Positions 38,440 through 46,700 of a stretch of DNA of 64,000 nt are shown in pieces. The number at the start of each line of letters is the position of its first letter. Position 1 is the first letter of the stretch. This DNA is from Candidatus Levyibacteriota bacterium (GTDB lineage: Bacteria; Patescibacteriota; Microgenomatia; Levybacterales; UBA12049), in the NCBI GenBank assembly GCA_016199085.1, contig JACQHJ010000003.1, positions 38,676 through 102,675 on the forward strand. The letters run 5' to 3'. The notes under the pieces are model-generated. The model did no database searches and was not told the origin of the DNA. It saw nothing but the letters and a program-made list of their open reading frames with translations. A program made the translations under genes and the position numbers.

Positions 38440-38900
38440 GAACGAACAAACCTTTTCGCGCGATTTTTATTATACCAAATAACCCGCCCGCCCGACGGAA
38501 AGGAGCGGCGACCCCGCCTTTATGCGAGAGGACTTCCTAGGGGAAGTCTCGCCAGTATCTTTACTTTTTTAAAACTCTTTACAGTCTCTTACTCGCCCCG
38601 CTTCGGCGGGGCTAAATTTCTTCTAACTTAAAACCGCCTGCAGTCAGCGGGGTACTTCCGCTTTTCGCCCCCGCCGATGTTATTCTACCCCCTATTTAGT
38701 TTACGATCTTTGGGATAAACCATATTGGCTCGCCCCGCAAGGTTTCAAGTAAAAGAAGTTTCCGCGGGGCTCGCTTTGGTCGGACTGCCTATACCAAGTC
38801 GGTGGTAAATAAAGTTTTCCTAACGGCAGTTCTCCTTTTAAGGGCGTAATCCTCACGGTGCGGGGGCGGCGGACGCTGCCAATCATTTTTGTCTGAAAAA
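38440..38900 (+). ncRNA. Candidate structured non-coding RNA of unknown class. It is a GC-rich island of about 460 nt in AT-rich DNA with multiple perfect hairpins, including a UUCG tetraloop (GCCCCGC-UUCG-GCGGGGC)
   Basis: There is no plausible ORF; the six-frame ORFs are R-rich artefacts. Hairpins include gacttcc-tagg-ggaagtc, gccccgc-ttcg-gcggggc, and gccccgc...gcggggc. Confidence 0.3.
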
Positions 38901-38988
38901 TTTGACGATAACAGACATTAATAGCTTACAAACTTACGTGAGATAACAGCCTCAAATATACTACATTCAGCCTATTTAATAGTATATC

Positions 38989-39017
38989 TTGACAATAATA
39001 GTAAGATATGTTATAAT
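38989..39017 (+). promoter_or_regulatory. Perfect sigma70-type promoter TTGACA-17 bp-TATAAT, 7 nt upstream of the ATG of the first operon gene (a near-leaderless transcript)
   Basis: TTGACA at 38989-38994, a 17-nt spacer, TATAAT at 39012-39017, and an ATG at 39025. Confidence 0.6.
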
Positions 39018-39024
39018 ACAAGCC

Positions 39025-39243
39025 ATGAAAGAAGATAGAGCACAAAGATTTAAGAGAATCGCCACATATAGAACAAACGAGGTCTTGGATAAGCTCAGGC
39101 TCTTAGGGAATCTCTCCAACAAAGCTAATTATGAATATACAGAGGACGAGGTAAACAAAATATTTTCAGCTATAGAGATTCAGTTAAGAATTGCTAAGGC
39201 TAAATTTTCTTCTTCAAAGAAAAAGAAAGAGTTTTCGCTATGA
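39025..39243 (+). CDS. Small hypothetical protein (72 aa), first gene of the four-gene operon
   Basis: The ORF from the ATG at 39025 overlaps the next gene by 4 nt (ATGA). Confidence 0.45.
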   Translation: MKEDRAQRFKRIATYRTNEVLDKLRLLGNLSNKANYEYTEDEVNKIFSAIEIQLRIAKAKFSSSKKKKEFSL

Positions 39244-39845
39244 GTAATGAAGAATTAACAAATGTTGATATCGTCTTGTACTCGCTTTATTTGCTTGGTG
39301 GTAGTAGAAGAAAGATTTTTACCGAAGATATCGCCAAAAAGTGTTTTGAATTAGCACAAGATCGTTTTTCTTGGAGAAGATATCCAGAATACCCAGATAT
39401 TGAGCCTGCAAGAAAATCTTTAATGGAAGCAAGAAACCAGAAAGACTTAATAAGCGGCAGGGCAGGAGAAGTTAAGGGTACAAAACCATCTGATGGATGG
39501 ATTTTCTCTCCTGAAGGTGTGTTCTGGATAGAAAAAAATAAATCACGTATTGAAAAAGCGCTAGGCAAAAAACAAAAACCTATCAAGAGAACAGAACTTT
39601 CCAAAAAAATTGCCGAGCTTGAATCTTCAAGCGCATTCTTAGAATTTTTGAAAGAAAAGACGTGCAACAATATCAAAGCTTATGAATTCACTGATTTTCT
39701 AAACGTTAGCCTTGATACCCCATCATCAGTAATCAAGAGTAGAATTCAAACTGTTAAGGCTCTTGCAGCATCAGAAAAAAGAGAAAAACTTCTTACATTT
39801 ATTGCGCTTTGCGAAAAAAATTTTTCCAAATTAATTAATAATTAA
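39240..39845 (+). CDS. Hypothetical protein (201 aa), second gene of the operon
   Basis: Translationally coupled to both flanking genes. Confidence 0.5.
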   Translation: MSNEELTNVDIVLYSLYLLGGSRRKIFTEDIAKKCFELAQDRFSWRRYPEYPDIEPARKSLMEARNQKDLISGRAGEVKGTKPSDGWIFSPEGVFWIEKNKSRIEKALGKKQKPIKRTELSKKIAELESSSAFLEFLKEKTCNNIKAYEFTDFLNVSLDTPSSVIKSRIQTVKALAASEKREKLLTFIALCEKNFSKLINN

Positions 39846-39846
39846 C

Positions 39847-42096
39847 ATGAATCCAAATTCTAATATAATTTTTGGCCAACCACAAAAATTTGATATATCT
39901 GATAGATACTTTCTTCAAACAGCTGAGAGCGCAATGAAAGGAGATGTAATAAGGGGGTTAGTTGAATTAATTACCAATGCTGATGACAGTTACGAAGAAG
40001 TTGAGTCAAAAGGATTAACTAGTAGCGGGAAAATACTCATTGAAATAATAAGAAAAAAGCAAGGCAAAAATAGTTTAATTAAGGTCGTTGATAAAGCTGA
40101 AGGAATGAAGCTGGAAGAAATGGTTATTAAGTTAAAAAGGGTTGGGGGGATGACAAGCCATTTTATTGAAAGCAAAGGATTAAAAACGAGAGGATTAATG
40201 GGTAGAGGTAGCAAAGAATGTGTGGTTTTTGGTCCTTTAACTTTCAAATCAATAAAAGACAATATTTATTCTGAAGTTGTTTTAAAAAAACCTGCAATCT
40301 TTATTCCGCAAATCGAAAGACCTGTAACAGAAGTCGACAGAGTAAAGCTAGATATTAAAGGGAATGGAACAGTTGTGGAATTAAAAGTTGAACCACATTT
40401 TCAAATTCCGAGCCATAACTCTTTAGTAGAGAATTTACCAAAATATTACAGTCTGAGGGATATTACATCCAATCCCAAAAGAATAATTGAGTTAAGTGAC
40501 GGTAAAAGATCTGATAGGCTAGTTTACAATCCTAAAAAAGGCACTGTTGTACTAGATGAAGTAATTAATGTTATGGAATATCCTGGCGCGCAGGCTCATC
40601 TCATTCTAATAAAAACGCCTGAATCAATTGAGGTTGAAAGTAATTCTCCTTTTTGGGAAGGTGGAATATTAATTCAAAGCGGGCATGCAGTTCACGGCGT
40701 AACGGGATTCACTAGAGATATCGAGAATAATCCTTATTTTGTACATTATTTTGGAAGATTGGTTTGTACTTATATTGATATTCTTGCAATAGAATATGAA
40801 GAATATGAAAAAAATAATCAAGCGCATACCGCGTTAAACCCATCGAGAATTATCGAACCATTAAGAAAGGAAGGATTATTCTCTAACCATCCCTTTACTA
40901 AGATTTTGTATAGAGAAGCTTCACGGAGAATAAAAAATCTTTTGAAAAAAGACGAGGAACTCTCTACCTCAATGATTAAAGAAATAGAAAATAAAAAAAC
41001 AAAAGATAGACTCAAAAGGCTGGCTGACGCAGTTAGCAGGTTTATTAAAGAAAGGACTGAAGATTTGGAAATAGAAGATGATAACTATCTTTCTGGTTCT
41101 GACATTCCCGTTGGTGGGATGATTGTGATACCTGGTGGACTTAGAGTTCCAATTGGTGAAGAAAAAAGGTTTTATGTTTATGTTAAACCAAAAATACAAC
41201 AGGATAGATTTGTTACGCTTTTTACTCAGTCCAGCGCAATAGCCCTAAGCTCTAAAAAGGAAGAGCTAATTGAAAGGAATGATGGAACTTTTTACGCCCA
41301 GTTCTCTGTAAAAGGAGTTGATTATGTCAATGACGCTATAGTTAAGGTAAATTGGTCGAATATAGAAAATAATGTTCCTGTTTCAGTAATTAAAAAGGAA
41401 GAAGATCATCCATTTATTACTGACTTCTCTTTTGAAAAAAATAAATATAATTTACGTGAAGGTAAACAGAAGGATATTTATTTATTGGCTAAATGGCCTG
41501 ATTTTGTCCACGGATGGGCGGAATGTACTATTGAGACAAACAAAAATGAATTTTTAACAGTTTTGGGTAATAAAACTAGATTAAAATATAAACGATTTAA
41601 CGATGGGACACAGATGGCCATAGGAAAAGTCAAAATATATGGGGTAAAAACGGGAGGCCCAACCATAATTAAAACGTCTATAAATAATAAAACAGTGCAA
41701 ACAGAAATAAATGTTCTTCCAAAATTGGAGTTAGGACATAATATCGAGATCAAATTGGTTGATGAAGAAGCGGGAGCACAGAGAGCAGTTTGGGATGGGG
41801 ACATTTTAAAAATAAATACGAGACATAAAACTATTCATAGATATTCCGGTCCACCACCTGACTATTTAGGACAAGATTCAATTCATTTTCATTTGTTGTT
41901 GGCAGAATTGATAGCAGATAATGTAGCTAGGCGAGTTTTAGAATTAAATGCTGAAAAAAATATACATAAATATCAAGATATGGATATATATGGTTTTTAT
42001 GATATACACAGAAAGTATGTAAATGATTTCTTAGAAGTTGCCCATAACATTCAAATTCCCGATAATGAACTTGTAAATATTGTCCTTAATTCTTAG
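39847..42096 (+). CDS. Large protein (749 aa) with a putative N-terminal GHKL-type (Bergerat-fold, MORC/Hsp90/MutL-like) ATPase domain, then a coiled coil and a beta-rich C-terminal region
   Basis: N-box-like ELITNADDS, G1-box-like VVDKAEGMKLEEM (a degenerate DxGxG), and G2-like TRGLMGRGSK. I recognised nothing in the remainder. Confidence 0.5.
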   Translation: MNPNSNIIFGQPQKFDISDRYFLQTAESAMKGDVIRGLVELITNADDSYEEVESKGLTSSGKILIEIIRKKQGKNSLIKVVDKAEGMKLEEMVIKLKRVGGMTSHFIESKGLKTRGLMGRGSKECVVFGPLTFKSIKDNIYSEVVLKKPAIFIPQIERPVTEVDRVKLDIKGNGTVVELKVEPHFQIPSHNSLVENLPKYYSLRDITSNPKRIIELSDGKRSDRLVYNPKKGTVVLDEVINVMEYPGAQAHLILIKTPESIEVESNSPFWEGGILIQSGHAVHGVTGFTRDIENNPYFVHYFGRLVCTYIDILAIEYEEYEKNNQAHTALNPSRIIEPLRKEGLFSNHPFTKILYREASRRIKNLLKKDEELSTSMIKEIENKKTKDRLKRLADAVSRFIKERTEDLEIEDDNYLSGSDIPVGGMIVIPGGLRVPIGEEKRFYVYVKPKIQQDRFVTLFTQSSAIALSSKKEELIERNDGTFYAQFSVKGVDYVNDAIVKVNWSNIENNVPVSVIKKEEDHPFITDFSFEKNKYNLREGKQKDIYLLAKWPDFVHGWAECTIETNKNEFLTVLGNKTRLKYKRFNDGTQMAIGKVKIYGVKTGGPTIIKTSINNKTVQTEINVLPKLELGHNIEIKLVDEEAGAQRAVWDGDILKINTRHKTIHRYSGPPPDYLGQDSIHFHLLLAELIADNVARRVLELNAEKNIHKYQDMDIYGFYDIHRKYVNDFLEVAHNIQIPDNELVNIVLNS

Positions 42097-42138
42097 CTGT
42101 GAAGAGAGAGTAACGAGGATATAATCCAGTTAGAATTT

Positions 42139-43425
42139 ATGCCAAAGAAATCATACAGAATAGGTGAATTACCTCAAGAGCTTAAAACAAAAAGTGTTTT
42201 TTATTACGTTAACGAAAAGCAAGGTTTAAAAGTAAAATCAAAAGAAGTATTCAAAAATGGAGAAAAAGTTGTTCACTATCCATTTAAAAGGGATGGCACT
42301 CCTAAATATAGAAATATAAGAAAAATTACATATGAAAATATGCCAGAGAATTTACCAAGAGGATTTTATAAAGAATGGACTAAAGGTTATGGTTTTACTC
42401 GTGTATATAATCCCTTAATTTATCGACTTGATGATGCATTAAAAATTCAAGAAGTTATAGTTAGCAAAAACATAATCACAAAATTTGAAAATGGAAAACT
42501 ATATTTGAACTCTGATAAATTAGACTCATCTTATCCCAAAATAGATTTGCTTTTAAAAAAACACAATGTTGAAATTGATAATTTAGCTAATGATATTTTG
42601 TCGAAGTATTTCCCTCAAACTTTCAAGAATAAATCTCAGAAATACATAAAAGGAAGCTTAGCGCAATTTATAGATAAAAATGTAACTCAAATCTCTGATT
42701 TATCAGAAGCAGACACGCAATCCTTATTTGATCTTGCCTCTAGAATTTCAAAAGATGATTTTCTAGAAAGTAAAACCAGTGTATTAAAGACTAAAGAAAA
42801 AATTGAAGAAGTTTATATTGAAGAAGTAATTGAAGAATTTGAAAAATTATTATCTAGAAAGAATTTGACTAAAAATTTAGAAGAAAGATGGCAGAAGTTT
42901 TTTACGCAATATAATTGGATCTTTTCTCAATTATTTTCATTTCCAGTTTTAATTTTTAAAGATAAGGCTTATGTGGGAGGGAAAGGTATAGAAAATGCAA
43001 ATGGGAAAATCTCTGATTTTATCTACAAAAATAAATTAACAAACAATATTGCTTTTATAGAAATTAAGACTCATAAAACTCCAATACTTATTGATAAACC
43101 ATATAGAGGAAATGATGTTTATTCTGTAAGTAAAGACATGAGCGGAGCTGTTAATCAGGTATTAGATCAAAGAGATAATTTTCAGAAAGAATTTTATTCT
43201 CTTAAATCTAAAAGTAAAAATAAGAATTTTGAATCTTACAATTCTAAGTGTATCATTATCACTGGTAGCTTAAGTAAGCTCTCGGAAGAAGAAAAGAAAT
43301 CCTTTGATTTAATGAGAAGCAATAGTAGAGATGTAGACATAATCACATTTGACGAAGTGTTAGAGAAAATTAAAGGACTAGAATCTTTACTTTTTGGTTC
43401 TAAGCAAAAATCTACTGCAAATTAA
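42139..43425 (+). CDS. Protein (428 aa) with a C-terminal DUF4263/Shedu-like PD-(D/E)xK nuclease domain
   Basis: DFIYKNK...IAFIEIKTHK (D...ExK), QVLDQ...Y, and C-terminal IIITGS...DIITFDEV resembling the DUF4263 C-terminus. Confidence 0.45.
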   Translation: MPKKSYRIGELPQELKTKSVFYYVNEKQGLKVKSKEVFKNGEKVVHYPFKRDGTPKYRNIRKITYENMPENLPRGFYKEWTKGYGFTRVYNPLIYRLDDALKIQEVIVSKNIITKFENGKLYLNSDKLDSSYPKIDLLLKKHNVEIDNLANDILSKYFPQTFKNKSQKYIKGSLAQFIDKNVTQISDLSEADTQSLFDLASRISKDDFLESKTSVLKTKEKIEEVYIEEVIEEFEKLLSRKNLTKNLEERWQKFFTQYNWIFSQLFSFPVLIFKDKAYVGGKGIENANGKISDFIYKNKLTNNIAFIEIKTHKTPILIDKPYRGNDVYSVSKDMSGAVNQVLDQRDNFQKEFYSLKSKSKNKNFESYNSKCIIITGSLSKLSEEEKKSFDLMRSNSRDVDIITFDEVLEKIKGLESLLFGSKQKSTAN

Positions 43426-43500
43426 TACACCTTGCGTTATTGTAAAAGTTTTGTTTTTTGCTATAGTAAAACGGTAGTCAAACTTTTCTTTTCGGTTTTT

Positions 43501-43553
43501 TAATGGCCGCATTGGACAGATCCGAAAAGGGTTTGACTACACCAGTGCGGCCA
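43501..43553. other. 13-bp-stem hairpin (aatggccgcattgg...ccagtgcggccatt) immediately downstream of the operon; candidate terminator or recombination site
   Basis: Inverted repeat with one mismatch and a 24-nt loop, seen directly. Confidence 0.3.
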
Positions 43554-43621
43554 TTTGAGTACTTTAAAATTTTTGCGTTTTTCTCCCAAAGACGATTTGG
43601 GAACGAGTCGACAGTTTTTGA

Positions 43622-43710
43622 GCGAGGCGAGGCCGAGCTCTAAAATAGTAGGAGCGAAGCGACTATTTAAGAAACGAAGTTCGACATTTTTCGTAAGTAG
43701 CCAGCAAGCT
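43622..43710. repeat. Inverted repeat X' (reverse complement of 38334..38422)
   Basis: Direct comparison. Confidence 0.9.
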
Positions 43711-43809
43711 AGAATAATTAAACCTACGAGGACCTAAACCCTCCGCCGGAAAACTTTCAGAAAGAACGGCAAATCCGGCCTTTTTGAAATCAGCAGACAG
43801 TCGTCGAAA
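43704..43809. repeat. Inverted repeat Y' (reverse complement of 45245..45349; 93 bp perfect plus an extension with 2 mismatches). It abuts and overlaps X' at the shared core CAGCAAG
   Basis: Direct comparison. Confidence 0.9.
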
Positions 43810-43849
43810 GAAAAAGAAGAGAAAAACGCAAAAATTTAAGAATAAGAAC

Positions 43850-45406
43850 ATGATTAAATACATAGCATACTGTAGGAAATCAACAGATGAACCGGACAGA
43901 CAAATTTTGTCTATTGAAGCTCAAGTTGCCGAACTTGAGGAATTCGCCGCAAAAGAAAATTTGAAAATTGTTTTATTTATTACCGAAAGTAAAACCGCCA
44001 AAGAGCCGGGAAGAGAAAAATTTGCTCAAGTTTTAGAAATGATAGAAAAAGGAGAAGCAAGCGGCATAATCTCCTGGCATCCTGATAGATTAGCCAGAAA
44101 TTCTGTTGATGGCGGAAAGATTATCTATTTACTTGATACCGGAAAACTTTTGGATTTAAAATTTCCCTCTTTTTGGTTTGAGAATACTCCACAAGGAAAA
44201 TTTATGTTATCGATCGCCTTTGGGCAGAGTAAGTATTATGTCGATAATCTTTCCGAAAATGTTAAAAGAGGAAACAGGCAAAAATTGAGACGCGGTGAAT
44301 GGCCTAATCAAGCGCCTTTTGGTTATTTAAATATAAATAAGAAAATCGAAGTTGATAAAAAACGAGCAAGGTTTGTTAAAAAGGCATTTCAACTTTACTC
44401 AACCGGTGCTTATGGTTATGCCGATATCCGCAAATTTTTCACTCAAAACAAAATTTTCAATAAATCAGGCCATAAACTTCACTTAGATAAAATAAAAAAG
44501 ATTTTAACAGACCCTTTTTATTATGGCCTGATGAAGTTTTGCGGCGAATTATACGAAGGAAGCCACCTGCCCCTAATTTCTAAGAAACTTTTTGATAAAT
44601 GCCAAGAAATTGTTAAGCTAAAGAGCAGGAAAGTTAAAAATAATAAACATCTTTTTAATTTCTTGGGAATGATTAAATGCGGCGAGTGTGGCTCTATGAT
44701 TACTGCCGAAAAACATACAAAGATTTACAAAAGAACTAATAGAAGGGTTGAATATGTTTATTACCGCTGCTCCAAAAAGAAAGGTAAATGCTTGCAAAGA
44801 TATATTAGTAAAGAAGAAATTGAGGAACAGATAAGAAATATCCTTTTGCAAGCTTCTTTAACCCAATTCGCCGCCAAAAAGTTTCTTGAATGGGCAGAAA
44901 AAGACATAGCCAAAGAAAAACAACAATCATCAAGCGTTACTTTGGATTACAAAGACCAAATTAAAGATACTGATGAAAAACTAGAGCGGTTACTTGATGG
45001 TTATTTAGATAAGGTTATTTCTCCCGAAGATTACCAAAAGAAAAAGAACGAACTTGTTGATACAAAATCGGTTATTAACTCCAAAATTAAGGATATTTCT
45101 ACAAACGGAGTTGAATGGCTCGAACCTTTTCAAGAATTCGTAAATAACGCACTGCAGTGCGGAAAAATCGCACGGGCAAAAAATACAAACGAAGAATTGG
45201 CATTCTTCGCAAAAACTGTCGGCTCGAACTTCTCTTTACTCAATCGGCGACTGTCGGCTGATTTCAAAAAGGCCGGATTTGCCGTTCTTTCTGAAAGTTT
45301 TCCGGCGGAGGGTTTAGGTCCTCGTAGGTTTAATTATTCTAGCTTGCTGTCGGACTTGGATTCGAACCAAGATTACCAGATTCAGAGTCTGGATGCCTAC
45401 CATTAG
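43850..45406 (+). CDS. Large serine recombinase (resolvase catalytic domain, recombinase domain, zinc ribbon and coiled coil)
   Basis: YCRKSTDEPDRQ...SIEAQ (catalytic Ser context), SWHPDRLARN, recombinase-domain GEWPNQAPFGYLN, and zinc ribbon CGECGS...YYRCSKKKGKC. The start is set at the ATG at 43850, because the upstream part of ORF 43784 lies in the inverted repeat. The last 50 codons are encoded by repeat Y and the antisense of tRNA-Gln. Confidence 0.9.
   Translation: MIKYIAYCRKSTDEPDRQILSIEAQVAELEEFAAKENLKIVLFITESKTAKEPGREKFAQVLEMIEKGEASGIISWHPDRLARNSVDGGKIIYLLDTGKLLDLKFPSFWFENTPQGKFMLSIAFGQSKYYVDNLSENVKRGNRQKLRRGEWPNQAPFGYLNINKKIEVDKKRARFVKKAFQLYSTGAYGYADIRKFFTQNKIFNKSGHKLHLDKIKKILTDPFYYGLMKFCGELYEGSHLPLISKKLFDKCQEIVKLKSRKVKNNKHLFNFLGMIKCGECGSMITAEKHTKIYKRTNRRVEYVYYRCSKKKGKCLQRYISKEEIEEQIRNILLQASLTQFAAKKFLEWAEKDIAKEKQQSSSVTLDYKDQIKDTDEKLERLLDGYLDKVISPEDYQKKKNELVDTKSVINSKIKDISTNGVEWLEPFQEFVNNALQCGKIARAKNTNEELAFFAKTVGSNFSLLNRRLSADFKKAGFAVLSESFPAEGLGPRRFNYSSLLSDLDSNQDYQIQSLDAYH
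45245..45349. repeat. Inverted repeat Y, ending in the core CTTGCTG, which overlaps the 3' end of tRNA-Gln
   Basis: Direct comparison with 43704..43809. Confidence 0.9.
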
Positions 45407-45417
45407 CAGATCCGACA
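45347..45417 (-). tRNA. tRNA-Gln (anticodon CUG), 71 nt, CCA not encoded
   Basis: Manual cloverleaf: acceptor UGUCGGA/UCCGACA (U1:A72), D-stem UGCU/GGCA with loop AAUGGUA, anticodon stem CCAGA/UCUGG with loop CUCUGAA, T-stem CUUGG/CCAAG with loop UUCGAAU, and discriminator G. Confidence 0.8.
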
Positions 45418-45526
45418 ATGCACTACAATTTTACTAGAATTTATGTTAAAAAGCTAATAAATTTTATGTCGCACAATAATATTGATACTTTTCAAAAGGG
45501 GAGTGGATTTTGTAAAACGATAATTC

Positions 45527-46591
45527 ATGCTAAAAAATAAAAATCTTCTAATCATTGCTCTAATTGCGATTGTTAATGCCTTAGGCTATGGAATAATCAT
45601 ACCCATCCTCTACTCTTATTCAATTAAATTTGGCCTGTCTGACTTTGATAACGGGCTACTCTTCTCTCTTTTTTCAATCTGTCAGTTTGCGTCAACTCCG
45701 ATTATCGGAAGACTATCTGACAAATACGGCAGAAAACCTCTTTTAATAATATCCCTAGCTGGAACAGCTTTGTCTTTTTTCATGACAGCTTTTGCACCAA
45801 GCGCTGCAATTTTATTTCTAGCAAGAGCCTTAGATGGAATTACGGCAGGAAATATTCCCGTAGCATCAGCTGTAATTTCCGATACGACAGAGCCAAAAGA
45901 CAGAGCTAAGGGTTTTGGGATAATAGGAGCATCTTTTGGGTTTGGATTTATTTTCGGTCCCGCAATATCTGCATTTACCGTAGGCCTTGGAGCTTCAATT
46001 CCCTTTATCATAGCGGGAATAATAACGCTTATTGCAGTAGCCCTTACCTGGGTTTTCCTACCTGAAACAAACAAACACATAGGAGAAGTAAAGCATGGAA
46101 AACTCTTTGATTTTCCAAAACTTATCCATGCTGCGATAGACCCCAATGTTGGGCCAACGCTTCTTATTATGCTTGTTTATTCATTTTCTTTTGGAATGTT
46201 AATCTATGCTTTCCAGCCTTATTCTGTAAAAGCAATGCATTTATCCGCAAATGAAATTTCAGGATTATTCACTTTGTTTGGAGCCGTAGGACTTGTTACC
46301 CAGATTCTTCTTCTACCAAGAATTGCGAGAATCTTAGGCGAAAAAAATACATTTAAGTTTTCATTGATACTTATGGCTTTGGCTTTCCTGGGTATTTTTT
46401 TAACTACAAATTTAATTCTATTTGTAATCTTCTCCGTTCTTTTTGGCTTTTCCAATTCATTTGTCCAGCCTTTAATCCAAACAATACTTTCCAAAGAAAC
46501 AGATGAAAAAAGCCAAGGGTCAATCATGGGAATAAGCGCATCTTATATGAGTATCGGAACAATACTGGGCCCTATTGGGGAGGCGCAATAG
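45527..46591 (+). CDS. MFS transporter. The C-terminus continues in another frame to about 46703; the frameshift is at the G4 run at 46577-46580
   Basis: MFS motif GRLSDKYGRKPLL and 10 or more TM segments. If the G4 run is read as G5, the ORF continues ...LGPIGGGAIATIGIAYPYFAGAIASLVCLALT... Confidence 0.75.
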   Translation: MLKNKNLLIIALIAIVNALGYGIIIPILYSYSIKFGLSDFDNGLLFSLFSICQFASTPIIGRLSDKYGRKPLLIISLAGTALSFFMTAFAPSAAILFLARALDGITAGNIPVASAVISDTTEPKDRAKGFGIIGASFGFGFIFGPAISAFTVGLGASIPFIIAGIITLIAVALTWVFLPETNKHIGEVKHGKLFDFPKLIHAAIDPNVGPTLLIMLVYSFSFGMLIYAFQPYSVKAMHLSANEISGLFTLFGAVGLVTQILLLPRIARILGEKNTFKFSLILMALAFLGIFLTTNLILFVIFSVLFGFSNSFVQPLIQTILSKETDEKSQGSIMGISASYMSIGTILGPIGEAQ

Positions 46592-46700
46592 CAACGATTG
46601 GCATTGCCTATCCATATTTTGCCGGAGCAATTGCATCTTTAGTTTGCCTTGCGTTAACTTCACAAATCTTAAGAAAAGGAATTAAAAAAGAATCTGCTTT

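Noticed and set aside
38425-38886. Six-frame ORFs 38425-38631 (+, 68 aa) and 38701-38886 (-, 61 aa) inside the GC-rich region
   Set aside because: The translations are Arg/Pro-rich low-complexity strings, typical of random translation of GC-rich structured DNA. The region is better explained as a structured RNA or recombination-site DNA.
38440-38900. Identity of the GC-rich region as RNase P RNA, tmRNA or SRP RNA
   Set aside because: The conserved cores I could check by eye are absent. These are the RNase P P4 GGAAAGUCCGG/ACAGAACCCGGCUUA, the tmRNA terminal tRNA-like GGUUCGAUUCC...CCA, and the SRP GGAAGCAG motif. The region is left as unknown class.
38989-39024. ORF-track start of the first operon gene at 38989
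   Set aside because: Position 38989 is the TTG of the -35 hexamer itself. The ATG at 39025 after the -10 is the sensible start.
43555-43863. ORFs 43555-43737 (+) and 43663-43863 (-)
   Set aside because: They lie entirely within the inverted repeats X' and Y'. The minus-strand one merely mirrors the C-terminal tail of the recombinase that Y encodes. They are artefacts of repeat symmetry.
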